Shown here in pieces: positions 30,632-40,186 of a stretch of DNA of 41,043 bases. The stretch's first letter is position 1. Every line of letters begins with the position of its first letter. A program made the position numbers and the translations under genes. The stretch is from Lachnospiraceae bacterium. Its GTDB lineage: Bacteria; Bacillota; Clostridia; Lachnospirales; Lachnospiraceae. The notes under the pieces are model-generated. The model did not search any database, was not told the origin of the DNA, and saw only the letters and a list, made by a program, of their open reading frames with translations. Location: assembly GCA_017961385.1 (NCBI GenBank), contig JAGCXJ010000022.1, positions 1 through 41,043 on the forward strand. The letters are read 5' to 3'.

Positions 30632-33600
30632 ATGAATACTCTAACAGAAGTGGTAAGAGAGCTGTCCGATCATGAGGGCATCATAAAGACTCTCTCAAAG
30701 AAAAAAGCAGTATCTCTCTCGGGATGTTCGGATTCCCAGAAGATCAATATAGCTCAGGGACTCAGCGATGGTTTTAAGTATAAGATCATCGCTACTTACA
30801 GTGACCTAAGAGTCAAGGAGATAGCTGAAGATCTAAAGATCTACGGTGACAACGTGCTGTTTTATCCCGCGAAGGATCTGATATTCTATCAGGCAGATAT
30901 TCACGGAAACAGGCTTGTCAGTGAAAGACTCAAGGTGTTAAAGAGCCTTGTTACAGATACTCCCTTTACAGTCGTTACCACATTTGATGCACTCATGAGT
31001 CCCGTGCTCCCGATAGAGCATGTCGCTGCCGGAAGCATTAGCATATCAAAAAATGGAAGCATAGATACAAAGAAGCTTGCGAGCGATCTTGTTGATATAG
31101 GATATATAAGGAATTACCAGGTAGAGGAACCGGGCCAGTTTTCCGTAAGGGGAGATATCATAGATATATTTGATACCACAGAGACAAATCCCTTCAGGAT
31201 AGAGCTCTGGGGAGATGATGTGGAATCTTTAAGAAGCTTTGACATAGATACGCAGCGCTCTATCGAAGATCTTGACAGTATAAGCATCTTTCCTGCTTCC
31301 GAGATGATCCTTACAAAGGATATGCTGAATAAAGGTCTTGAAAAGATAGAAAAGGACAGAGACAGGATATACAAGAGCTTCAGGGATGATTTTAAGACTG
31401 AGGAAGCACACAGGATTGATACACAGGTAAAGACTTTAAAAGAGGATCTTTTAGAACTTGGAAGAGTCGTAAACCTGGACAGCTATGCGTCATATTTCTA
31501 TGATGATATGTATCAGTTCATAGAGATGTTTGACAGTGATGAGACTGTTCTAATATTTGATGAGCCCGTTCAGATAGCCGATCATGCCAAGGCGGTCGAG
31601 CTGGAATTTGACGAGAGCATGAAAAACAGGGCATTAAAGGGATATATACTTCCCGGACAGATGAAACTGCTGTATTCTGCCGATCAGGTAAGACGCGGAT
31701 TTGAAAAGTATGCCGTCATCCAGCTTTCATCATTAGAGAGCAGAAATCTCATTGTGGATGCCGCATACAGATGCAATATAACCGCTAAATCGATAGCTCC
31801 TTACAAGAATCAGTTTGAATATCTCATAAAGGATCTTGAGCTTTACAGAAAAAGAGGCTACAGGATAATACTGCTGTGCCCGTCAAGAACGAGAGCTCAA
31901 AGACTCGCAGACAACCTGATCCAGAGAGATCTTCCAGCCATATATACAGAGGATATGGACAGAAGACTGATACCCGGCGAGATAACCGTCATGTACGGAA
32001 ATGTATTAAGGGGATTTGAATATCCTCTGCTCAAATTCGTTGTTATCAGCGAGAGCGATATATTCGGAGTTCAGAAAAAGAAAAAGAAGCATAAGAGATA
32101 TGAAGGGACAGCGATCAATGACTTCAATGAATTAAAGGTCGGGGATTACGTTGTTCACGAGAGCCACGGACTGGGCATATATCAGGGTATAGAAAAGGTC
32201 GAGACTGAAAATGTCATAAGGGATTACATGAAGATATCCTACCGCGACGGAGGAAATCTCTATGTCCTTGCGACAGGCTTTCGCGCTGTCCAGAAATATG
32301 CCAGTGCCGATGCTGCCAAAAAGCCAAAGCTTAACAGACTCGGCGGCAAGGAATGGACAAATACCAAGACAAAGGTAAGGACCGCAGTAGACGGTATAGC
32401 GCAGGATCTGGTCAAGCTCTATGCAGCAAGACAGGAAAAGAACGGATATGTCTACGGAGAGGATACCGTCTGGCAGAAGGAATTTGAAGAGACGTTTCCT
32501 TTTGAAGAGACAGAGGATCAGCTAAAGGCCATAGCAGAGACCAAGGCCGACATGGAATCAAACAAGATCATGGACAGGCTCATCTGCGGAGATGTGGGAT
32601 ACGGCAAGACAGAGATAGCTATAAGAGCCGCATTCAAGGCCGTTACAGAGAGCAAGCAGGTTGCGATACTCGTTCCTACCACCATACTTGCACAGCAGCA
32701 TTTTAATACCTTTACGCAGCGCATGAAGGACTATCCCATTAAGATCCAGATGCTGTCAAGATTCAAGAGCGCAAAGGAGCAGAAGCAGACAGTATCCGAT
32801 ATAAAAAAGGGACTTGTCGACATAGTCATCGGAACTCACAGGCTCTTGTCGGATGATATAAGCTTTAAGGATCTGGGTCTGCTTGTTGTGGACGAGGAGC
32901 AGAGATTCGGAGTCACCCACAAGGAAAAGATAAAGAAGATGAGGCAGAATGTGGATGTACTGACGCTTTCTGCGACACCTATACCCAGGACACTTCATAT
33001 GTCGCTTGTGGGTATAAAGGATATGTCTGTGCTTGAAGAGGCTCCCGGTGACAGAGTGCCGATCCAGACTTTTGTCATGGAATACAACGAGGAGCTTATA
33101 CGTGAAGCCATAGTAAGAGAGATGGCCAGAGGAGGCCAGGTCTATTATGTATATAACAGGATAAACGACATAGCGGATGTAACCGCAAGACTGCAGGCTC
33201 TTGTTCCCGAGGCAAATATTGCCTACGGTCACGGAAGGATGAACGAGAGAGAGCTTGAGAGTCTGATGTATGACTTTATCGACGGGCAGATCGATGTGCT
33301 GGTCGCTACGACGATAGTAGAGACGGGACTTGATATATCAAACGTAAATACCATCATCGTTCATGACTCCGACAGGATGGGACTGTCACAGCTCTATCAG
33401 CTAAGAGGAAGAGTCGGAAGGAGCAACAGGACCGCATATGCATTCCTTATGTACAAGCGCGACAAGATGCTTAAGGAGCAGGCTCAGAAGAGACTCGAAG
33501 CGATAAGGGAATACACAGATCTTGGAAGTGGCTTCAAGATAGCCATGAGGGATCTTGAGATAAGAGGTGCGGGCAACATACTCGGAAGGACCCAGCACGG

Positions 33601-34177
33601 ACATATGGAAGCGGTAGGGTATGACCTTTACTGCAAGATGCTAAATGATGCCGTAAAGAAAGCCAAGGGCATAAGCAGCGAAACCGATGAATTCGATACA
33701 CAGATAGATCTCGAAGCGGATGCCTATATCCCTGTCGATTACATTCCCAACGAAGTTTTAAAGCTTGATGTATACAAGAGGATAGCTGCCATAGAGGAAG
33801 AGTCTGAGGCGGATGATCTTAGAGATGAGCTTAAGGACAGATTCGGTGCTATACCTAAAAGCGCACAGAATCTCATAAGGATATCGCTCTTAAGGATAAA
33901 GGCTCACAGCTGCTATGTGACTGAACTCAAGGCAGCAGGGGAGATGCTTCGCATGAACATGCACAGCGCTGCCCTTATTGATGTTGCAAAGATACCTGAC
34001 CTTATAAAGATCTACAAGGGAAGGCTGAAATTGGTTACGGGCAAGACGCCGTACTTTACATGCTCGTACAAAAAAGAGGGCATCGTCGAGCTGGACGAGG
34101 AAAATCTTTTAAAGTTTGTCGATGAACTCTTAAACAACATGTATAATATTCTTATATCGGATAAAAAGGATGCTTAA
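30632..34177 (+). CDS. mfd: Transcription-repair coupling factor
   Basis: 1181 aa with UvrB-like module, CarD-like GDYVVHESHG, GDVGYGKTE, VDEEQRFG, QLRGRVGR and DLEIRGAGN. Confidence 0.98.
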   Translation: MNTLTEVVRELSDHEGIIKTLSKKKAVSLSGCSDSQKINIAQGLSDGFKYKIIATYSDLRVKEIAEDLKIYGDNVLFYPAKDLIFYQADIHGNRLVSERLKVLKSLVTDTPFTVVTTFDALMSPVLPIEHVAAGSISISKNGSIDTKKLASDLVDIGYIRNYQVEEPGQFSVRGDIIDIFDTTETNPFRIELWGDDVESLRSFDIDTQRSIEDLDSISIFPASEMILTKDMLNKGLEKIEKDRDRIYKSFRDDFKTEEAHRIDTQVKTLKEDLLELGRVVNLDSYASYFYDDMYQFIEMFDSDETVLIFDEPVQIADHAKAVELEFDESMKNRALKGYILPGQMKLLYSADQVRRGFEKYAVIQLSSLESRNLIVDAAYRCNITAKSIAPYKNQFEYLIKDLELYRKRGYRIILLCPSRTRAQRLADNLIQRDLPAIYTEDMDRRLIPGEITVMYGNVLRGFEYPLLKFVVISESDIFGVQKKKKKHKRYEGTAINDFNELKVGDYVVHESHGLGIYQGIEKVETENVIRDYMKISYRDGGNLYVLATGFRAVQKYASADAAKKPKLNRLGGKEWTNTKTKVRTAVDGIAQDLVKLYAARQEKNGYVYGEDTVWQKEFEETFPFEETEDQLKAIAETKADMESNKIMDRLICGDVGYGKTEIAIRAAFKAVTESKQVAILVPTTILAQQHFNTFTQRMKDYPIKIQMLSRFKSAKEQKQTVSDIKKGLVDIVIGTHRLLSDDISFKDLGLLVVDEEQRFGVTHKEKIKKMRQNVDVLTLSATPIPRTLHMSLVGIKDMSVLEEAPGDRVPIQTFVMEYNEELIREAIVREMARGGQVYYVYNRINDIADVTARLQALVPEANIAYGHGRMNERELESLMYDFIDGQIDVLVATTIVETGLDISNVNTIIVHDSDRMGLSQLYQLRGRVGRSNRTAYAFLMYKRDKMLKEQAQKRLEAIREYTDLGSGFKIAMRDLEIRGAGNILGRTQHGHMEAVGYDLYCKMLNDAVKKAKGISSETDEFDTQIDLEADAYIPVDYIPNEVLKLDVYKRIAAIEEESEADDLRDELKDRFGAIPKSAQNLIRISLLRIKAHSCYVTELKAAGEMLRMNMHSAALIDVAKIPDLIKIYKGRLKLVTGKTPYFTCSYKKEGIVELDEENLLKFVDELLNNMYNILISDKKDA

Positions 34178-34180
34178 GAG

Positions 34181-34744
34181 ATGTATATAATAGTGGGTCT
34201 GGGAAATCCGGACAGAAAATATGACAATACAAGACACAATACGGGATATGTGACTATAGATAGGATCGCTGACAGATACGGCATAGATATAATGGAGCGA
34301 AAGTTTAAATCTGTCATAGGAAAAGGCGTGATTGACGGCGAGAGGGTAGTCCTTGTAAAGCCTCTTACCTATATGAACCTGAGCGGCGAGGCTGTACGTG
34401 AAGTTGCCGATTACTTCAAGGTAGATCCTCAAACACAGGTCTGCATCATCTATGATGATACATCTATGGAAGTAGGCAAGATACGCATACGCAAAAAAGG
34501 CAGCGCAGGAGGGCATAACGGCATAAAGAGCATAATAAGCCACCTTGGCAGCGATGTATTTGTCAGAGTAAAGATTGGCATAGGAGAAAAACCGCCGCGC
34601 ATGGATCTGGCAGACTATGTCCTGGGTCATTTTTCTTCTGATGATAAAAAGATAATCGAAGAGAGTGCAGACAAGGTAAGCGAAGCGATACCTCTTCTTG
34701 TTCATGATATGTGTGATGAAGCCATGAACAGAATCAACGGGTAG
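34181..34744 (+). CDS. pth: Peptidyl-tRNA hydrolase
   Basis: IVGLGNP, TRHNTG, KPLTYMNLSG and GSAGGHNGIKS. Confidence 0.98.
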   Translation: MYIIVGLGNPDRKYDNTRHNTGYVTIDRIADRYGIDIMERKFKSVIGKGVIDGERVVLVKPLTYMNLSGEAVREVADYFKVDPQTQVCIIYDDTSMEVGKIRIRKKGSAGGHNGIKSIISHLGSDVFVRVKIGIGEKPPRMDLADYVLGHFSSDDKKIIEESADKVSEAIPLLVHDMCDEAMNRING

Positions 34745-34753
34745 GGTCAGGCT

Positions 34754-35416
34754 ATGGATATAAAGCAAAAGATCGCACAGTGGATACCGACACATGTTTC
34801 TCCGAAACTTGTGGTGTTTGTATACGGTGTACTTGACAGGCTGATATATATAAAAAAATCTGTAAGGAAAGAAAACAGGCTGGTAAACGATCAGGTGTTA
34901 AACAGCGACAGCTCGCCCTATAAGCAGGGCTATATAGAGAACCAGAGCGAATGGAAGAATGTTAAATTCGGAAGATCGACAATGGCTTTTTCGGGCTGCG
35001 AGATCATGGCTGTCTACAATGTTTTATATGCCCTTGACAGAGGAAAGGGAACGAAGCTTATCGGTGAGCTCATAGAAGAGTTTGAAAAGAGCGGAGCTGC
35101 CTTGAAGGGAATGATCGGCTCATCGCCAAGGTCGATAAGAAGACATCTTTTAAAGCACGGGATAAAGAGCAGCATCGTATGGAAAGAGGAAGATATCGAT
35201 CCTGACTGCACACTTGCTGTCGCGACCGTCTATAATGACAAAAAGACTCTTTATTCACAGATACATACCATTGCATTTACAAAGGACGAGAACGGGTTTA
35301 GAGCTCATAACGCTCGAAGCAGACAGAAGTACTATCCCACATTAAGAGAAGCGATAAACGGTGTGGGCAGCGATCCGAAGATGATATGCGCGATACAGAT
35401 AGATAAAAATTTATAG
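34754..35416 (+). CDS. Hypothetical protein, possible C39-like cysteine peptidase fold
   Basis: 220 aa; ENQ...SGCEIMAVYN, IHTIAF and AHNA fit a papain-like Cys/His/Asn order. Confidence 0.55.
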   Translation: MDIKQKIAQWIPTHVSPKLVVFVYGVLDRLIYIKKSVRKENRLVNDQVLNSDSSPYKQGYIENQSEWKNVKFGRSTMAFSGCEIMAVYNVLYALDRGKGTKLIGELIEEFEKSGAALKGMIGSSPRSIRRHLLKHGIKSSIVWKEEDIDPDCTLAVATVYNDKKTLYSQIHTIAFTKDENGFRAHNARSRQKYYPTLREAINGVGSDPKMICAIQIDKNL

Positions 35417-35494
35417 ATTATTTATTAATTTATCATAGTAAAAACACAGATTATATGGCATAATTTGCGTAGGGACTAAAAAAGGAGGTTCACT

Positions 35495-36325
35495 ATGAGC
35501 GATTATAATTACGACAGCGCAAACAACTATAATTACGATAATAGTTCATCTGATATGCCCGGCTACGGATATGACGCATTCTCGCCCGGAGCAAACAGCT
35601 ATCAGGGGGACATGGGTTCTGAAACATTTCAGGGAGCAAGCTATGTAGGACCTACAGGCATGGACGGACTCAAGACGATCGCAACCGAAAAGGTTGTTAC
35701 AAAGTCTTTCATGTTCATGGTAGTAGCACTTCTTATAACAGCATTTGCTGCTCTTATAACAAGCCCTGCAACAGCTATAAGGATGTTAAGCGGCGGAACG
35801 TTCTTCATTCTTCTCATTGCAGAGATAGCCATCGTTCTGATTGGCAATTCAGCAGTAAAGAAGAATAATGCCATACTCGCAGGAGTACTTTATACAATAT
35901 ATTCATTCCTTACCGGAATGACATTTTCTGTAATACTCCTTGCATATACCGGAACCAGCATAGCTGCTACATTCTTTGTAACAGCCGGCATGTTCGGCGC
36001 AATGGCGATCATAGGTCTTACGACTGACAAGGATCTTACGGGCATCGGTTCAATGTGCCTGATGGGCCTTATAGGCATCATCCTTGCAAGTCTGGTTAAC
36101 CTTGTATTCCTTCGCAATACAGTGTTTGATCTTGTTATATCTATAATAGGTGTAGTCATCTTTGTAGGTCTTACGGCATATGATACACAGAAGATCAAGC
36201 AGATGGCTATGTATTCAACGGTTGAATCAGAAAACAGCCTTGCACTTTTCGGTGCATTCCAGCTGTATCTTGATTTCATCAACCTCTTCTTAAAGCTCTT
36301 ACGTATCATGGGCAAGAGAAAATAA
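35495..36325 (+). CDS. Bax inhibitor-1/YccA family membrane protein
   Basis: About seven TM segments, GLTAYDTQKIK and LYLDFINLFL. RBS AAGGAGGT. Confidence 0.93.
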   Translation: MSDYNYDSANNYNYDNSSSDMPGYGYDAFSPGANSYQGDMGSETFQGASYVGPTGMDGLKTIATEKVVTKSFMFMVVALLITAFAALITSPATAIRMLSGGTFFILLIAEIAIVLIGNSAVKKNNAILAGVLYTIYSFLTGMTFSVILLAYTGTSIAATFFVTAGMFGAMAIIGLTTDKDLTGIGSMCLMGLIGIILASLVNLVFLRNTVFDLVISIIGVVIFVGLTAYDTQKIKQMAMYSTVESENSLALFGAFQLYLDFINLFLKLLRIMGKRK

Positions 36326-36342
36326 TAAACTGACTGATGTTT

Positions 36343-36377
36343 GGAGTGTCATATCATGCGATATGGCACTCCTTTAT
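36343..36377 (+). terminator. Intrinsic terminator-like hairpin
   Basis: GGAGTGTCATATC-ATGC-GATATGGCACTCC-TTTAT. Confidence 0.7.
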
Positions 36378-36391
36378 AATTTGAGGTAAGC

Positions 36392-37441
36392 ATGAGATAT
36401 CCGGAATTTATCAAAAAGAACGATACAATAGCATTTATAGCGCCTGCATTCGGATGCAGCGCACAGCCGTACAAAAGCTGCTTTGAAAACTTTTTGGAGA
36501 TCCTGAAAAAGGATGGCTTTAATACTGAACTGGGCAATAATGTATACAAGGAAGACGGCATCGGGATAAGCAGCGATCCTGAAAGCTGTGGCAGGGAACT
36601 AGAAGAATACTATATATCAGATTCAAATGATGCCATTATCAGCTGCGGCGGCGGAGAGCTTATGTGCGAGACCATAAGCAATGTCGACTTTGACAAGATC
36701 AAAGAAGCAAAGCCGAAGTGGTATATGGGATATTCGGATAACACGCATATGACATTTTTGCTCACCACTCTATGTGATGTGGCTTCCATTTACGGACCCA
36801 ATGCGCCGAAGTTTGGCATGGAGTCATGGCATGAATCCATATTTGATGCCTGGCACATGCTAAAAGGAGAGTGCTTATCTGTCCATAATTACGACAGATG
36901 GGAGATAATGTCGCTCAAGTCTGAAGAGGAGCCGCTTGCTCCGTATAACTGCACAGAGCCGACGATCCTCAAAGGATATAAGCCTGGCGAAGATAAGAGC
37001 ATGGTAAGCACAGATGATATAAAGATGTCTGGAAGGCTCATCGGCGGATGCATGGACTGCCTTGTCGGAATAAGAGGAACCCGGTTTGACAGAGTCGGGG
37101 ATTTTCTTGAGAAATATAAAGACGATGGATTTATATGGTTTTTGGAAAGCTGTGACTTAAACGTATTCTCCATGAGAAGAGCCATGTGGCAGATGTATGA
37201 ATCCGGATGGTTTAAGTACTGCAGGGGATTTATTATAGGAAGACCGCTTCAGTTTAACGAGCCGATGTTTAATCTTGATCAGTATGATGCGATACTGTAT
37301 ACAGTCTCAAAGCTTAATGTACCCGTTATAATGGATGCGGATATAGGGCATTTATCTCCGATGATGCCTCTGATATGCGGCAGCATGGCAGATATAACGC
37401 TTTCGGATAACAGCTTAAACGTACAGATGCGATTGGAATAA
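36392..37441 (+). CDS. LD-carboxypeptidase / MccF-like serine peptidase (family S66)
   Basis: TIAFIAPA, GYSDNT (catalytic Ser), GRLIGG, WFLES and DIGH. Confidence 0.9.
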   Translation: MRYPEFIKKNDTIAFIAPAFGCSAQPYKSCFENFLEILKKDGFNTELGNNVYKEDGIGISSDPESCGRELEEYYISDSNDAIISCGGGELMCETISNVDFDKIKEAKPKWYMGYSDNTHMTFLLTTLCDVASIYGPNAPKFGMESWHESIFDAWHMLKGECLSVHNYDRWEIMSLKSEEEPLAPYNCTEPTILKGYKPGEDKSMVSTDDIKMSGRLIGGCMDCLVGIRGTRFDRVGDFLEKYKDDGFIWFLESCDLNVFSMRRAMWQMYESGWFKYCRGFIIGRPLQFNEPMFNLDQYDAILYTVSKLNVPVIMDADIGHLSPMMPLICGSMADITLSDNSLNVQMRLE

Positions 37442-37444
37442 ATT

Positions 37445-39754
37445 CTAGTTCGGATCGGGCGCAAATTCAAGGATTTCATCATCTTGCGCCGGTGCTGATG
37501 AAAAACCGGGAAATACAGTCATGATCGATCCTACAGCATCACTGTACATCTGCTGCATCAGATCATGGTTTTTCGTTATGAGATCAGCATCCGACTCATC
37601 GGCTGCATTTTCCAAGGACCTTGCGATCTCAGACAGATCTGTTTCACCTATCGTTTTAGAGGCGCTCTTTAAAGAATGCACGATCGTAGCGTAATCATTC
37701 CAGTTTCTTTCTTCATACAGCGCCTGAAGATTTTCGCTCCTTTTTTTGTAGCTCATAACGAAGTCGCTTAGTATCGATTTATAGAAATCCCAGTCATTGT
37801 TGCAATACTTAAGTCCTGTTTGCGAATCTATCCCGTTTTCCTTTAAAAGATTGTATTCATCGGGCAGTTTTGTTTCTGATGATTCTTCATCAGATGATGA
37901 AAATCTGTTTAACAGGACCTTCTCATCAGGCAGATAACTTATCAGCATTTTTTCAAGAGCACCATAATCGATGGGCTTTGTAAGATAGTCTTCAAAGCCC
38001 GAAGCCATATATCGCTCCTTGGCGCCGCTTATCGCATCTGCGGTAAGGCATATGAAAGGAGTATCCCTGTTTGGACCGCCATCCGCTTTTATAAGCTGCA
38101 ATGCTTCAGTACCGTTCATTCCGGGCATACGCTGATCCATAAGGATGATGTCGTACTTTGTATTCCTTGCCAGTTCTATGGATTCTGCACCGCTTACTGC
38201 GGTATCTATGTTTATATCCGTACTCTTTAACAATCCTTCAACAACGAGAAGATTCATTTTTGTGTCATCGACTACCAGGATGCGTGCATCTGGTGCATGG
38301 AAGGATTCCGTATAGACATCCATTTCCTCGATGCTCTCGTTGAATTTCTTCCTGAAATCACCTACAGGCTCCAAAGATACCACTAGCTGGGGAAGTCTGA
38401 TCGTAAAAGTCGATCCTTCGTTGTATACGCTCGTTACTTTGATATCGCCGCCCATCATTTCGAGCAGGTTCTTGGTTATCGCCAGTCCCAGTCCCGTGCC
38501 TTCGACCGTGCTGTTCTGCTCAAGATCCACTCTTTCGAATTTATTAAACAGTTTTCCTATATCCTCATCCTTGATGCCTATACCGGTATCAGAGACGGAT
38601 ATGACAAGACAGATCGCCTGCTTTTCATAGCCTGTATCTGATTCTTCGCAGCCGACGCTCAGCTTGATATGGCCGTGCTTTGTGTATTTTACGGCATTGT
38701 TTAAAAGATTTATGATTATCTGTCTTACACGGACTTCATCACCGTGCAGGCCGTCCGGGATATCCTTGTTTACATCTACAAAGAAATCCAGACCTTTTTC
38801 TTTTGCCTTGATAAAGATCATGTTGCTGACATCATTCAATACGGAACCGAGTTTGTAGTTTGTTTCTATAAGCTGCATTTTTCCGGATTCTATCTTGGAA
38901 AAATCCAGAATATCATTGATAAGATACAGCAGGTTGTTGCCTGCGCTTTCTATATTTCCGGCATATTTGCTGATGTCAGAGAAGATATGCTTGGCCGATT
39001 CGCTGTTCTTTGGAGGCTGCTTGCTTGCCTTTAAGCTTTCTCTTAATATCATCTCGTTCATGCCAAGGACAGCATTTATCGGAGTTCTGATCTCATGTGA
39101 CATATTTGACAGAAAATCGCTCTTGCCTCGGTTTGCCCGATCGGCTTCGACTTTTGATTTTAACAGTTCTCTTGCGGATTCGGTCAGTTTTAATACCGAC
39201 AGATGATAATTGATAAGACAAAGTGATACAAGTATCAGATTTAAAAGATAAAGAACAGGGAACCTGTCCATGAAGAATCTGGAATAATGATCTTCGAGCA
39301 TATGCCTTACAGGCGTATAAAAGATAGCGATGAGCAAAAGCTCAAAGTATACGCCGCAGTATATGCCGTATAATGCATTGCCGAAATAACCTATCCCTAA
39401 AGGAGCCAAAAGCGTCCATATGATGGTGGTGCCGCCCGTGGCGCCGCTGAAGGCGTAGTAAGTGAACGTGATCACGCATATGAGCAGCATGGATATGGTA
39501 GGGATCTTTTTATTGTCTCTTAGGATAAAAACAACGATAATGATGCCGCCGATAGCCTGAGAGATGGTAGTTGCGATCGTAATGACATCTCTGTTGCTGA
39601 GGAAATTCAATGTTGTAGTCGTACTGGCGGCAAGGGCAACAGCTATGCCTACAATGAGGCAGGCCTTCATGTTCTGATCGCGCATTTCACCTACAAAGAT
39701 ATCGCGATGCAGTAGATCCCAGGATTGACGTAATCTCTTACGCATACTTTTCAT
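37445..39754 (-). CDS. Membrane hybrid sensor histidine kinase / receiver / Hpt
   Basis: Hydrophobic N-terminus, H box FLSNMSHEIRTPINA, NLLNNAVKYT, DTGIG, GTGLGL, receiver VVDD...LMDQRMP...TKP and Hpt VHSLKSAS. Confidence 0.95.
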   Translation of the reverse strand: MKSMRKRLRQSWDLLHRDIFVGEMRDQNMKACLIVGIAVALAASTTTTLNFLSNRDVITIATTISQAIGGIIIVVFILRDNKKIPTISMLLICVITFTYYAFSGATGGTTIIWTLLAPLGIGYFGNALYGIYCGVYFELLLIAIFYTPVRHMLEDHYSRFFMDRFPVLYLLNLILVSLCLINYHLSVLKLTESARELLKSKVEADRANRGKSDFLSNMSHEIRTPINAVLGMNEMILRESLKASKQPPKNSESAKHIFSDISKYAGNIESAGNNLLYLINDILDFSKIESGKMQLIETNYKLGSVLNDVSNMIFIKAKEKGLDFFVDVNKDIPDGLHGDEVRVRQIIINLLNNAVKYTKHGHIKLSVGCEESDTGYEKQAICLVISVSDTGIGIKDEDIGKLFNKFERVDLEQNSTVEGTGLGLAITKNLLEMMGGDIKVTSVYNEGSTFTIRLPQLVVSLEPVGDFRKKFNESIEEMDVYTESFHAPDARILVVDDTKMNLLVVEGLLKSTDINIDTAVSGAESIELARNTKYDIILMDQRMPGMNGTEALQLIKADGGPNRDTPFICLTADAISGAKERYMASGFEDYLTKPIDYGALEKMLISYLPDEKVLLNRFSSSDEESSETKLPDEYNLLKENGIDSQTGLKYCNNDWDFYKSILSDFVMSYKKRSENLQALYEERNWNDYATIVHSLKSASKTIGETDLSEIARSLENAADESDADLITKNHDLMQQMYSDAVGSIMTVFPGFSSAPAQDDEILEFAPDPN

Positions 39755-39877
39755 AATATGTCCTCGCTGCTTAAATGGCCAACATAGCTATATTCACTAC
39801 TGTTTCTATCATATCATTCATTGAGCGGAATGTCTTTAAAATGTGAGAAAATCACTAGATTTTTGGGCAATAATTGT

Positions 39878-39906
39878 TTGACACGGCATGGCCTAAAATG
39901 TATAAT
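39878..39906 (+). promoter_or_regulatory. Consensus sigma-A promoter of the ileS leader
   Basis: TTGACA-17 bp-TATAAT, perfect consensus. Confidence 0.9.
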
Positions 39907-39921
39907 ATCTCTAATCATATA

Positions 39922-40170
39922 GAAAAGCTATGACGAAGACAGTAGACCGTGAATATGAAATCATAAGCGAGTGTACGACGGTGAGAGGTACATGAAAGTA
40001 GTGCATGGTTGAAGATCACTTCCGAGCTGCAAGGCTGAAATCCGATCAGAGTAAGCTGCGCCGTTATGCCTGCGTCAGAGGCACGCACATGAACCGTACG
40101 GGAGTGTGTCGCAATAAGGTGGTTGTAAGATACAGGTCTTATCCTTATGCGGATAGGATCTTTTTTATTT
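39922..40170 (+). ncRNA. T-box riboswitch (Ile specifier)
   Basis: AGTA, AGCGA and GGTGAGA stem I motifs; specifier ATC at 40015-40017; AAGGTGGT T-box at 40116; terminator GGTCTTATCC-TTATGC-GGATAGGATC-TTTTTT; directly upstream of ileS. Confidence 0.88.
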
Positions 40171-40186
40171 TTCAAGGGAGGTTTCT

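Noticed and set aside
36392-37441. Microcin C immunity or biosynthesis locus
   Set aside because: Only an isolated S66 peptidase is present, with no mccA/mccB-like neighbours.
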